Shown here: piece by piece, positions 41,274-57,292 of the stretch | How the letters are laid out: the number at the start of each line of letters is the position of its first letter | Numbering within the stretch: position 1 is the stretch's first letter | Origin: Eledone cirrhosa | Taxonomy: Eukaryota | DNA: 64,000 bases | Direction of reading: 5' to 3' | NCBI GenBank assembly: GCA_964016885.1 | Contig: OZ024740.1 | Span: forward strand, 270,444,001 to 270,508,000 | Made by a program: the position numbers and the translations under genes | The notes under the pieces: model-generated | What the model saw: the letters and a program-made list of their open reading frames with translations, nothing else | The model's database searches: none | What the model was told of the DNA's origin: nothing

Positions 41274-44200
41274 ATGACCCTCCCCAAATATAACAATATC
41301 TGTTTCGACACACGATTTCATATAAAAAACCTCGCAAAACTAATTCATCGCCGCTATGGCATTAGCTTGTGCCAAGCTGAAAGGTTATTGAAAGACACTG
41401 TTTTCTGTTATATAAAAACTACAATAACAACAGAACAAATCCGCTTCTTAAAACACTGTGTTTCCTCCAAAACATACACAACAAACATATCAAAACAAGT
41501 AAATAATTTATTATTGAACAAAACACAAGCTGAACGGCTAAAACACACAATAACAGTTAATATGAAAAGAACAACATACACAAAAGTCAACGCACTCTAC
41601 AGACAAAAACGCATCAACGGTAAGGAAATCCGAAATCTCATCACAGCAAACGAGAGAGATGACTTCATGAGCGTCATCCGACGCGAAACGAAATATGCTC
41701 AAAACGAATGCTGTAGGCATTTCAAGAAGAAATTAGAATGGATGAATAAGAAAAAACTACAAGAAAGGAAAATCGAATATTCTCAAAAATACCCAGATAA
41801 CATCGACAACATCCGTATGAGTGATGTAAAACTACCGGAAGAATTTACCAATGACCACACAGTAAATATCTATGGGAACACTTTAATCAGTGAACAAGAA
41901 CAACAAATCCTAAAGTTACCACCAAAATTTGCCATCTACAAAAAGATTAATCCTATGGAATGCAAAACGGAGCTGGAAAAGTGTTTCACAAAAATACGTT
42001 GGAATGCAAAGGTAAACAACAACAACAATAATAACGGTAGTAGTAATATAAACAATAACTCTGGGTATAGAAATAACAGCCATAACCATAACAATGGCAG
42101 GAAAGTGAGAAATAGTGATAATGGTAATAATACTAGCGATAGACAGAACAACAACAACCACAATAATAATAATAATAGAAACGTTAACCACAGACACAGC
42201 AACAGTGACCACAGTAGTAATAACGGTAACAATACGAACAACAACAACAACAATAACCACAGTGGTAATAATGGAAATAGTACATGTAGCAACATCAACA
42301 AAAACAAGAAACATAATAATAGTAACAACCACAATGGTAGAAATAGCAGTAACAACAACAACAATAACGGTGAAGTAAACAACAATACATCTAGCAATCA
42401 TAACAATAATAATATTAATGCTAAGGATAGAAACAACAACAACCACCATGATAACAATAATAGCAACACACACAACTATGACGATAGAAATAACGACAAC
42501 CCCTTAGAGAAACTATTTTTCAACCCAGCTGACAAAACATATAAGATGGGTAATATCTATCCTACGAGGTTACCCTTTAATAAAAGAGTTTGCATACCAC
42601 AACAAATAGATGACGAGACGGAGGCACAGTTCACCATAGCTAGAAATAAGATTAGACAAGTAGTAGACAGGTACACTATGAGACAGAGCAGACCAGAGGC
42701 CCAACAACTTGGGATAAAACCTGTAGAAGGCTTGGTTAGCCTCAAGCAGCGCACAAGGGATGGTGAGGTAGTGTGTCTACCCACAGATAAGTCTGGTAGG
42801 ATGTCAATAGATAGCATGCCGAACTACATCGAGGCAATGCAACCCCACATCACCAACACGAGCGAAGTTGCACAACTAACACACGATGGGAGAGAAAAAA
42901 TCCTCAACGCTCACATGATGATGTGGACTGACATCCTAAAGCCAAGCAGACGCACTGCCAACAACTTCCAGGCGTCTAACAATGGCATACCACCCTTGTA
43001 TGGGCTCCGCAAAGACCACAAGACTGTCGACGACCCGACAATAGGACCACCAACAAGACCTGTATGCGGAGCTAATATAGCTAGCAACTACAGGATCTCC
43101 TACTTCCTCTCAATGGTTATACGCCCCATAATCAAGATGTCCCCAGATGTATGTGAAAGTACAGAGGACCTCCTCAGCAGAATCAGTGAGTGCAACAAAA
43201 ACAGGAGCCTATCCAACTGCATAATAGGCAGCATGGATGTGGTGTCACTGTACCCATCCATTAACATTGATTTTGCTGTGAAAAGATGTGTGGAGATGAT
43301 CATTGAGAGTGAGGTGGAGTTCTGCGACGTCGACACAGACGAACTGGGCCTCCTACTTAGACTTACCTACGACACTGACTACCTAGACAGCCATGACCTT
43401 AGATGTTTCTGCCCTAGTAGACCTATAAGAGGTAGACCCCCCACCATAACCTCAATGGCTAAAAAGACTCCCATAGGAAGGTGGATTGGGTGGACCAAAG
43501 CTATACGGACCCCCCAAAACACTGATCAGGTAAGAAAAATGGTCGCACATGCAATAGGGGCTAGTATCAAAACTACCCTAAAGGGCCACATATTTAAGTT
43601 CAATGAGAAAATCTACACCCAAAATGAGGGAGCAGCCATCGGCGTCAGCATAGCTGGCGATGTTGCCAACCTTTTCATGGTATGGTGGGAAAGGAGACTT
43701 AAAGATCTCCTTAATGAAAGCTCCATAGACCTCATCATGTACTCTCGTTATGTAGACGATATCAATATAGTTATAAGAACACCCCCACTAGAGAGCACTA
43801 ACAAGTTTGATTTAGAACGTAGCACGATGGAAAGCATCCAGCAGATAGCTAATTCCATACACCAGAGTATAACTGTAACTATAGACTTCCCTTCCAAACA
43901 CCCTAACAATAGACTACCTGTATTAGACACAGAACTCTGGATTAACACTATAGACGAGAGAGCCCAAATTCTCCACTCACACTATGCTAAACCCATGGCC
44001 TCCAAATACCTGATACTCAAAAACTCAGCAATGTCCAGTAGTGCTAAGTTTAATATTCTGATCGCAGATTTGGTACGAGTGATGAAGAATGTGTCCAGCA
44101 TGTGCGACCCAACAGAAATGGAAGGACACATCCAACACTTCATCAACCGCATGCAGTTCTCTGGCTACAACCAAAGAGACAGAGTCAGAGTATACGAAGG

Positions 44201-44907
44201 AGCCATGGAAAAGTATAAGACCCTCATAGAACTGGACATGAAAGGAATTTGCCCACTATACAGGAGCAAATCATGGAATAGCTTAGATAGGGCTAGACAT
44301 AAGATAGGGAAGGCCACATCATGGTACGACAACCAGAGATATCAGAGTGTCATGTTTGTGGACGCCACCCCTGGAGGGAAATTAGCTAACCAGTGTAGAA
44401 AGGCCCTGAGAAAGACCCACTTAAAAATAAAGGTGGTAGAAAAGCCAGGAACCACCATAAAATCCCTGATCAGCAAAACCTACCCTTTTAAGAAAACCCA
44501 CTGTACCAATAGGAAATGTATCATATGTAAGGTGAACCCCCGGATAAACTGTAAAACTAGAAACGTAGTCTATAGCATAAGATGTACAGAGGGTACTTGC
44601 AGAAACACGACAACAACATACATAGGTGAGACAGCTCGTAGCATAGGTGAAAGGATAGACCAACACTGGGGGGAAACTAAAAGGACGAAAAAACGGGTCA
44701 GTACTATACGAACATGCTAGACAACATCATGACGGTAACATAGACAACATAGAAATTAGAATAATATCTAAACATAGGAATGACCCAGCAGATAGGCAAA
44801 TCAGAGAGGCCAGTGAAATAGAAATTAGAAGACCAAAGCTAAACAGAAAGAATGAGTGGAACAACAACAACACCCAAACAAACAACACTGACCTAAGAGA
44901 AGTATAA
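41274..44907 (+). CDS. Full-length PLE RT-GIY-YIG polyprotein (~1210 aa) with Asn-rich insertion; +1 frameshift near 44676 (possible sequencing error)
   Basis: ORF 41274..44720; the first unit reads ggggggaacta where this one reads ggggggaaacta. Confidence 0.88.
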
Positions 44908-45488
44908 ATAAATAAGTAAATTAAATTAAATAAAATAAGATAAATAAATACATACACAAGCACATAAACACACACTAGTCACCCAGCAGACACAACACTA
45001 TACACACTAGTCACACATCACACATAACACTATACACACACGCAAACGCATGCGCAAAGAAGACAAAATAAAATAAGATAAACAAACAAGCAAATAAATA
45101 AATAAATATATAGACAGACTGAACAAAAAAAAAAAAATGGCGTAGACATACAACACAACAGGAGGAACAATGAATATAACACCACTGACGATGTTGCAGA
45201 TGTGCAACGAAAGATTTATGTAAACTATATATATATGTGTTTGTCTATATTGTATCTGTATTATTTTTGACCGCCGGTCAGTCAATGGCAACATTGAGGA
45301 CCGAGTAAGTTAGATCGCAGATATATATATATAAAAGACAGCGAGAAGCGAAAACCAACCAAACAGTGAGTGTGTTCTGTTATTAATTCTGGCAATATTA
45401 CGCAAATATGACCCTCCCCAAATATAACAATATCTGTTTCGACACACGATTTCATATAAAAAACCTCGCAAAACTAATTCATCGCCGC

Positions 45489-45522
<34 letters not shown>

Positions 45523-45868
45523 TATATATACACATATATATACATATATATATATATATACACATATATATATATATATATATCCATATATATATACATA
45601 TATACATACATATATATACAATATGTTGAAAAGGTAACACACCAGAAAGAGATATAGAGTGCGCTATCAATAAAACAGGTATAAAAACCCCAGTGTATGG
45701 ACCTATGAAAGTCAGACTATAGACACGAAAATTACAAATATAAATTAAAGCGTAAATAAATACCTCTAAAACTATATAACACACGTACAATTCCAAAGGG
45801 ATGTTTCGCCAATAATTTGTTGACAGAAATGTAATAACCTCATATGCCAATAACATCATAACCATATA

Positions 45869-45904
<36 letters not shown>

Positions 45905-46005
45905 CATACATATATCTATATACATATACATATATATATATATACACATACATATATCTATATACATATACATATATATATATATATATATATACATACA
46001 TATAT

Positions 46006-46036
<31 letters not shown>

Positions 46037-46225
46037 TACATACATATATATACATATATACATATATATATACATATATATACATATATACATATAAATA
46101 TATATACATATATATACATATATACATATATATATACATATAGATATATAGATATATACATATATATACATACATATACATATATATATATATACATATA
46201 TATACATATATATATACATATATAT

Positions 46226-49200
46226 AGTGATAATAATAAAATTGAAGACTAAAATCTAAAGATGGCTCGATAAGGAAAATATATATCAAATATATAAGAC
46301 CCGTAGAGCAAATATTTATTAAAATAACAGATTAAAGTTTAAGCAAAGAATCGCTGCTTTCACCCTTAACGGGATCTTCTGAAACTAACAAAGTCAATCT
46401 GTAAACGCAGAACTGGATATTTCAAAAAACGTTGCAACTGGAGGAAGACAGGAAGACGAGTAACGTTCGCTGGCAAAGAACGGGAAAAACGAATAATACG
46501 TCATTAATAGAAGCGGTGAAAAACAATTACGCGCAAAGACAAAACCACGTTTATGGTATAAAAGAGGTAGTAGACTAATGTTCTCTTAGGTGGTGCATAG
46601 AGACGTTCTCTGGCAATGAACGAAAAAACGAAGATAATAAGTCATATGTGGAGCGTGGAGAACAATTGCACGCAAAGACAAAACCACGTAAATGGTATAG
46701 CAGAAGTCGTAGACTAAAATTCTAACTAGGAGACCAAATGAATCTCCGCTACAGAGTTAAGAACAAAGTAAATAAATACAATACAGAAGTAATAGAAACA
46801 AATAAATACATACACGCAAACAGATACGTACATACACAAGCATACGCAAAACCTTACCATAGGTATACAAAACCACGCACATATAAATATGTGTGTGTGT
46901 GTATGCTTGTGAACAAATAAATAAATAATTATATAAACGTATATAAGTAAATAAATACGTATATAACAAGCGCACGCACATACCTACATATAAATACACG
47001 AATGTTCGGAGATGTAAGTCAACTAAAACAAGAAGTACACATATACACACACCCACCATACATACGAACCTGCATACTCACTCGGACGCAAAACTCCCGT
47101 ATACACATAGCCAAACCCTAAATACCAGAATATGTAAAAATGATACGCCATAACAGTCAAATATACGTACGAGAAGGTATACATACCTTCACAAAACATA
47201 TGGGTAATATATACATACCTATGCAAATAAGTAAAGGAATAAACAAAACATATACTTAGCTACCACATCAAGACGTAAAATATCCACGTATAGATCGTAC
47301 TATCCATTAGGGTATAACGTGGGGCTGTAATACAGGAAAGTTTTGTGCAATTTATGTTTACAAGCCGAAATTGCCTCAGATTTTTTGTTTAAGATGTGGT
47401 CTGTGGCGTAGAGTATTTCCAGGGCCTCAGCGGCGCAGAGGTCACATGGTCTTTTATTTCCGTTATACGATCTAGCCCTAGCTAGGATCTCCCAGTGTAA
47501 CTTATATTGGGTGTGGTTGTCTTTTAGACTCAAGATATAAGCTGAAAGTGACGTCATATTCCTTCTTAGAGGGTAACGAAAAGAATGGGTATGCATGTAA
47601 AGACGCTGCTTGAAACTATTGGCGGTTAACCCTATGTAGGCCCTACGGGACGTGGGTGTTACAACCTTACATTTGTAGACAATGTTACTAGAGAGGCATT
47701 TCCCGGATAGGGGGCAATCAGCCCGATTCTTACAATTACAGTTAGTACTAACTACAGGGTTGTACGTGTTCCTACGGCTAGGTAGTTTAGCTAAATTTGA
47801 AGCTGTGATGTTATGTGCAAGGTTAGGAGTCGTAGAGTAAGAAATTTTAATAGTATTTCTATTAAAAATGTTACTATATTTATGTGTAGGGGGGAAATGC
47901 TTCGTAATAAGAGAAAGAAAGATCTTAGCTAATGGTGTGGCCACCTCCATATTATATGGTGGGTTAAACCAACAAATGCGACGGGATCTATTTCTTCTAG
48001 GTCTATTTTAATACTCTGTATATGCTACCTTATCGACAAATCCACTTTGAGCAAGAGCTTCATTGTAATAAGTGGAATGGTCGTTGAAAATGCGCTCGTT
48101 GGTCGAAAGACGGGAAAGCCTCAACGAAACGTTTCTTACCAGGTTCTTGGTTATGCTGGCAGGATGGTTGGAATGCTTACTTATGTAATTAAGCGTATCA
48201 TTCGGCTTTCTATACGGGTAATACAACCCATTCAATAAATTGAGGGTAACGTCGAGGTAATTAACGACCGAGAGATTGGCCTCAACCTGTATAGAGAGGT
48301 TGAAGCCTTTAAAGAAGGCTGTGAGTTCTTTTCTGAACCTGTCGCAAGCAAGAGGTCCGCACTTAGTCATGGTCAAAAGACCATCGTCACGGTACAAACG
48401 ACCCCCCGAGTAACATTGTCTACAAATGTAAGGTTGTAACACCCACGTCCCGTACGGCCTACATAGGGTTAACCGCCAATAGTTTCAAGCAGCGTCTTTA
48501 CATGCATACCCATTCTTTTTGTTACCCTCTAAGAAGGAATATGACGTCACTTTCAGCTTATATCTGGAGTCTAAAAGACAACCACACCCAATATAAGTTA
48601 CACTGGGAGATCCTAGCTAGGGCTAGATCGTATAACGGAAATAAAAGACCATGTGACCTCTGCGCCGCTGAGGCCCTGGAAATACTCTACGCCACAGACC
48701 ACATCTTAAACAAAAAATCTGAGGCAATTTCGGCTTGTAAACATAAATTGGACAAAACTTTCCTGTATTACAGCCCCACGTTATACCCTAACGGATAGCA
48801 CGATCTATACGTGGATATTTTACGTCTTGATGTGGGAGCTAAGTATATGTTTTGTTTATACCTTTACTTATTTGCATAGGTAAGTATATATTACCCATAT
48901 GTTTTGTGAAGGTATGTATACCTTCTCGTACGTATATTTGACTGTTATGGCGTATCATTTTTACATATTCTGGTATTTAGGGTTTGGCTATGTGTATACG
49001 GGAGTTTTGCGTCCGTGTGAGTATGCAGGTTCGTACGTATGGCGGGTGTGTGTATATGTGTACTTCTTGTTTTAGTTGACTTACGTCTCCGAACATTCGT
49101 GTATTTATATGTAGGTATGTGCGTGCGCTTGTTATATACGTATTTATTTACTTATATACGTTTATATAATTATTTATTTATTTGTACACAAGCATACACA

Positions 49201-49800
49201 CACACACATATTTATATGTGCGTGGTTTTGTATACCTATGGTAAGGTTTTACGTATGCTTGTGTATGTACGTATCTGTTTGCGTGTATGGATTTATTTGT
49301 TTCTATTACTTCTGTATTGTATTTATTTACTTTGTTCTTAACTCTGTAGCGGAGATTCATTTGGTCTCCTAGTTAGAATTTTAGTCTACGACTTCTGCTA
49401 TACCATTTACGTGGTTTTGTCTTTGCGTGCTTTTGTTCTCCACGCTCCACATACGACTTATTATCTTCGTTTTTTCGTTCATTGCCAGAGAACGTCTCTA
49501 TGCACCACCTAAGAGAACATTAGTCTACTACCTATTTTATACCATAAACGTGGTTTTGTCTTTGCGCGTAATTGTTTTTCACCGCTCCTATTAATGACGT
49601 ATTATTCGTTTTTTCCCGTTCTTTGCCAGCGAACGTTACCACGAACCAAAGTATCGTCTTCCTGTCTTCCTCCGGTTGCAACGTTTTTTGAAATAACCAG
49701 TTCTGCGTTTACAGATTGACTTTGTTAGTTTCAGAAGATCCCGTTAAGGGTGAAAGCAGCGATTCTTTGCTTAAACTTTAATCTGTTATTTTAATAAATA
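46226..49800. mobile_element. PLE family 2 inverted (tails-out) insertion: 46226-48410(-) and 48411-49800(+)
   Basis: YRDD RT C-terminus (48008-48410), CNCKNRADC linker and IVY..YIG EN (47300-47950), mirrored arm with HHR. Confidence 0.9.
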
Positions 49801-49918
49801 TACATATATATATATATATATACAGAAAAAGAGATGAAATCTAAAATGCAACTGGAGTCTTATTTTTTTTTTAATATATATATTTATTTAAAAACCACAG
49901 ACCCTCCATCTCAACTCA

Positions 49919-49956
49919 CCTTTTGAAAAGCAGAAGAACTGCGAAACCGGTAAAGG
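49919..49956 (+). ncRNA. Minimal hammerhead, U3-A8 variant, in a small fold-back element (49823-50095)
   Basis: CCTT-TTGAAAA-GCAG aagaa CTGC-GAAA-CCGG-TA-AAGG then AATAAA; 49824-49889 is inverted at ~49961-50029. Confidence 0.8.
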
Positions 49957-50115
49957 AACCAAATAAATATATATATATTTTTTAAAAAAATAAGACTCCA
50001 GTTGCATTTTCGATTTCATCTCTTTTTCTTTATACTTTCACTCGTGTAGGACACCTCGGTTATTTTTCATTTTGTAAAAAAACCTCACTTTCTAATATAT
50101 ATATACATATAGATA

Positions 50116-50149
<34 letters not shown>

Positions 50150-50206
50150 CATATAGATATATATATATACATACATACATATATATACATATAGATATAT
50201 ATCTAT

Positions 50207-50333
<127 letters not shown>

Positions 50334-50360
50334 CATTTATATATATATACATATATATAT

Positions 50361-51544
50361 ATAACTTTGAATAACTTTGAAATGTTTTGGCCAGTATTGG
50401 CCCAGGCCATGTCTAACTTAATAGCACCACCTGGCGAAGTCTTTCAATTCAGGATTTGGGCACCATGGCCCATTCGAGAAGAGAATTACTGTTTGCGGAG
50501 ACATATCCGGGTGTGGGTGGTTTGTCCGGGATTACTTGGAGGAATTTGTCCAAAGACTTCTTGAATTTTGTGTGGTCAGTTTCTGTTTTGACGTGTCCTG
50601 GTGTGATGTTGAAGAGAGCAGGGCCGATTGAGGTGAAATAATTGTGCCGTATTGTTGTTATGAGTTGCGATTTAGATTTTTGAATGGGACGGATAGCACG
50701 GGGCCCAAGCCTTGGGTGTATCTTGAAGGCGATGCCAACATCATTTGGGCAGTGATGATGGAACATTTTCCACATCATGCAGATAATATAACGCTCACGG
50801 CGACGTTGGAGTGAGTAAAGTTTCAGGTTTTCCAATCGACCCCAGTAGTCAAGGTCTGACATGCCATCTATCTTTTTCGTGATTGCCCTTTGAGGAGCTT
50901 CAAGTTTCATGATACTTTGTTTCGTGTGGGGAGACCACAGTGGACAACAGTATTCAAGGTGTGGTCGGGCGAAAGTAGAGAAGAGAAGGATAATGGTGCG
51001 GGAATCTCTCGACTGGAAGGTTCTGAGGATCCAGGAACACATTCTGCGGGCCATGTCAACTTTGCTGCTTATATGCGTGGTCCAGCTTATGTTGCTGTCC
51101 ACGGTTACTCCCAAGTCTCTGATGTTGTTAGATGCCACGAGAGTTTCCCCGGAGGGAAGGGAGTACGGGAGTTTCAGAGCATCCTCTTTTCCAAAGTGGA
51201 TCAGTTCGAATTTGTCTTCGTTCAGTAACATGTTGTTCTTTTCTGCCCATTGGGTAACAGCCAGTAGGTCTGACTGAAGGCTTATCCGGTCATCCACGCC
51301 ATTGATGACCTTTTGGAGCTTGGAATCATCAGCGAAAATTTTAATGTTGCTGTGTTTGATGATGTCAGTGATGTCATTAATATAGATGATGAAGAGAAGT
51401 GGGCCCAACACAGTTCCTTGTGGGACTCCACTACTGACTTTGGCTGGGCTTGATTTGACTCCCTCAACTACAACATGTTGGGTTCTGTTTGACAGGAAGC
51501 TCTTGATCCACTGCAGCAGCCTTCCAGTGACACCAATATTGGAC
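50361..51544 (-). mobile_element. LINE family A 3' fragment
   Basis: GVPQG, FADD, HLEYCC; same 3' tail as the copy at 33833. Confidence 0.92.
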
Positions 51545-53540
<1,996 letters not shown>

Positions 53541-54910
53541 CATCATCATCATCATCATCATCATCAGGTTTAGCGTCCGTGTTCCACGCTTGCATGGGTT
53601 TGGACGGGGGTTTTCCCACTTGAGGCAAGAGTGGTTGTCTTGCTCGCATAGGACTGTCTGGCGGGTTTTCTACAGTTGGATGCCCTTCCTAACACCAACC
53701 ACATTTACAGTGTGGGGCTGGGAGGTTTTTTACCGTGTTGCCTACACGGCCACATTACAGCGTGGACTGTCTGGCGGGTTTTCTACAACCGGATGCCCTT
53801 CCTAACACCAACCACATTTACAGTGTAGGGCTGGGAGGTTTTTACCGTGTTGCCTACACGGCCACATTTACAGCGTGGACTGTGTGTTTTTTGTCGTGAC
53901 ACCTACACGATCTCATTTGTTTCGGCCTGGATGTTGTGGGACCAACATAACTTTACATTGAAAGGGGCGGTGTGGGTGGGGTGGAGGTGGTGGGACGGGG
54001 GTGTGTTTTGATAGAGATGCCTACTGACTGTAGTAGATTTTTACTTTGTATTTAGGTAAGGCGGGTCTTCTCTATTACTGAGTACCGCCAAAGGTCTCGG
54101 TCCAGTGACATTGTCTTGGAGAGGTGTAAGCGTGTGAGGTCGGAATTTATCAGCTCGTCCCATGTTTTTCTGGGTCTGCCTACTCCGTGGCTACCGTCTA
54201 TCTTTATTGCCCTGCACTTTGTTATACAGCTGTCGTCTTTCATGCGCATCACGGGACCGTACCAACGTAGCCTTCTCTCGAGTAAACAACATCTGATCCC
54301 TCTTATTTCTAATTTTTTCCTTAGTTCGTTTATGCTTTGCCGTTCACGTATATTACTATTGCACATCCAGCGGAGCATGCAAGCTTCGTTCCTCTCTAGT
54401 CTGCGTATATCCTCTGCACACAATGCCCAGGTCTCACTGCCATGCAGCATTGCTGTTCGTATGCAGGCATCGTATAACCTGCCTTTCATTTTTAGGGAGA
54501 ACCCTCTAGCGGCTAATAGTGGTATAAGCTCTCTGAACTTTTTCCATCCAGTTCTGACTCTAGCTACTGTACTTTCAGAGCACCCTCCCCCACTGCTGAT
54601 TTTGTCACCCAGATAACGGAAGCTGTCCACTATTTCTATAGAACCCTCTGCGCAGTTGAAGGAGCTAGTATTTTGTGGGCACTTGCTGCTACTTATTGCA
54701 CCAGAGCACCGGTCACATGTAAAATCTATGTTCTTAGTTAGCTTACCTGTGCTCCCACTACATCTTTTATGCACCCATACTTTGCATTTGGGACATAAAA
54801 TGGAGTTTCTACCTACGCCTTTCCTACACACTGAGCATGGCCATTTCCCCGATGGGACCGCCGCCTTATTTTCTTTCCTACAAACTAGAACTTTAGTCTT
54901 AGCCAGGTTA
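53541..54910 (-). mobile_element. RTE-clade LINE 3' fragment with PHD-like Cys cluster and a ~110-bp 3'UTR duplication
   Basis: [47 protein letters not shown]; (GAT)n tail. Confidence 0.9.
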
Positions 54911-55135
54911 TATATACATATATTTATACATACATATATATATATATACATATATATATACATACATATATATATATACATATATATATACATACATATA
55001 TATATATACATACATATATATATATACATATATATATACATACATATATATATAAATATATATATATATACATATATATATATACATATAAAGATATATA
55101 TACACATATATATATATACATATATATATATATAC

Positions 55136-55168
<33 letters not shown>

Positions 55169-55379
55169 CATATATATATATATACATACATATACATATA
55201 TATATATACATACATATACATATATATATACATATATACATAGATACATATACATATATACATACATACATATACATATATACATATATAAACATATATA
55301 TACATACATATATATACATATATATACATACATATATATACATATATATATATACATATATAAACATATATATACATAC

Positions 55380-55430
<51 letters not shown>

Positions 55431-55472
55431 AATACAATATATATATATATACATATATATATATACATACAT

Positions 55473-55505
<33 letters not shown>

Positions 55506-55510
55506 CATAC

Positions 55511-55546
<36 letters not shown>

Positions 55547-55684
55547 ATATATACATATATATACATACATATATATATATATATATACATATATATACAT
55601 ACATATATATATATATACATATATATACATACATATATATATATATACATATATATACATACATATATATATATATACATATAT

Positions 55685-55735
<51 letters not shown>

Positions 55736-55891
55736 TATACATACATATACATACATATATATACATACATATACATACTTATATATATATATATACATAC
55801 ATATGTATACATACATATATATATATACATACATACATATACATACATATATATATATACATACATACATATACATATATATATACACATA

Positions 55892-55960
<69 letters not shown>

Positions 55961-55964
<4 letters not shown>

Positions 55965-56140
55965 CGAAGGAAATGTGGTAAGGAACCAGGTGGACCATAA
56001 CGCACCAAAGTACTCAATACTTGAGGTAGTAGAGTGGGTAATAGGAACCAGTAAGACCCCGACAGCTGAGCTCAAGCCGTTTCGACGGCTAATTCGCCGT
56101 CGAAACGGCTTGAGCTCAGCTGTCGGGGTCTTACTGGTTC

Positions 56141-56143
<3 letters not shown>
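55961..56143. mobile_element. Tail element ending in a perfect ~49-bp-arm hairpin holding the 3' half of an HHR
   Basis: 56041-56089 is inverted at 56096-56144 around loop taattc; GAAA-CGGCT..AGCTG-TC-GGGG. Confidence 0.75.
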
Positions 56144-56173
<30 letters not shown>

Positions 56174-56184
56174 CATATATATAC

Positions 56185-56219
<35 letters not shown>

Positions 56220-56240
56220 CATACATATAGATGTAGATAT

Positions 56241-56460
56241 ATATTTATTAAAATAACAGATTAAAGTTTAAGCAAAGAATCGCTGCTTTCACACTTAACG
56301 GGATCTTCTGAAGATCCAGTTAAGGGTGAAAGCAGCGATTCTTTGCTTAAACTTTAATCTGTTATTTTAATAAATATTTGCTCTACGGTTCTTATATATT
56401 TGATATATATTTATCCTTATCGAGCCCTCTTTGGATTTTAGTCTTCAATTTTATTATTAT

Positions 56461-56465
<5 letters not shown>
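56241..56465. mobile_element. Second fold-back mini-element of the PLE family 2 HHR/tail
   Basis: Same palindrome centre ggatcttc-t-gaagatcc (~56309). Confidence 0.8.
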
Positions 56466-56516
<51 letters not shown>

Positions 56517-56987
56517 AAAGTTATATTTAAATTGTTGGGTTACAACTAGTAAATATTTATAACTGATATAAAAGCACTCAACAAGTATTTGGAGTATATT
56601 TACGATATTAAATAAATGGTTTGATTTATAATTATTTGGGAAACTAGCCGATAAATCTTTCGATTTCTTCTTTTTATTCTTCTTTTTATTTTTATTTTTA
56701 TTTAAACATTCTTCATGAAAAATTAAACTACCCTAAAAGTTGATGCTCCAAATATTTCGAATAAACGTTACACTAGATAAACTTCTATATTAAATATAAG
56801 AACACATGTAGACCAAATGGGCATCCTAAACTTTTTGAAATGATTTTTGCTAGACGCGATTTGATAAATAATTGTTAGCTTTATCTGTTTTCGACTCTGA
56901 TGCTTATAATGAACTTGGCAATATATTGTCAATTAATTTTGAAGGGTTGATCTTTGTGGTTTATTTTTATTATTGTAGTATTTTCAT

Positions 56988-57180
56988 GGCCAGTGGATTG
57001 GCAGTATCGGTAGAGGGTCGGACGCCATGCTTTGACGCATAGAGTTACGGCCCTTGCCATTCTGAGTTCAAATCCCGCCGAGGTTAACTTTGCCTTTCAT
57101 CCTTATGGGGTCGATAAAATAAAGTACCAGTAATACACTGGGTAATTGCTGGCCTTGTGCCAAAAGTAGAAACAATTATT
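56988..57180 (+). mobile_element. tRNA-derived SINE copy
   Basis: B box GAGTTCAAATC and the same core as the copy at 25154. Confidence 0.85.
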
Positions 57181-57261
57181 GTAGTATTTTCTAATATTTT
57201 TATTTTTAATATGTAATATTTTTTCGTAATATTTTTTAGTTTTCTATTTTATTATTATTTA

Positions 57262-57292
<31 letters not shown>

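Larger units (their letters stand above)
36049..45490 (+). mobile_element. Young Penelope-like element array (Nematis/Neptune-like): inverted 3' arm 36049-37536(-), then a tandem with a 4133-bp period (37728-45490)
   Basis: Near-identical units; RT (DVVSLYPS, GAAIG, RYVDD), CTNRKCIIC linker, VVY..YIGET GIY-YIG. Confidence 0.95.

Noticed and set aside
36049-45490. Naiad-type selenoprotein PLE
   Set aside because: Endonuclease is C-terminal and there are no in-frame TGA codons in the ORF
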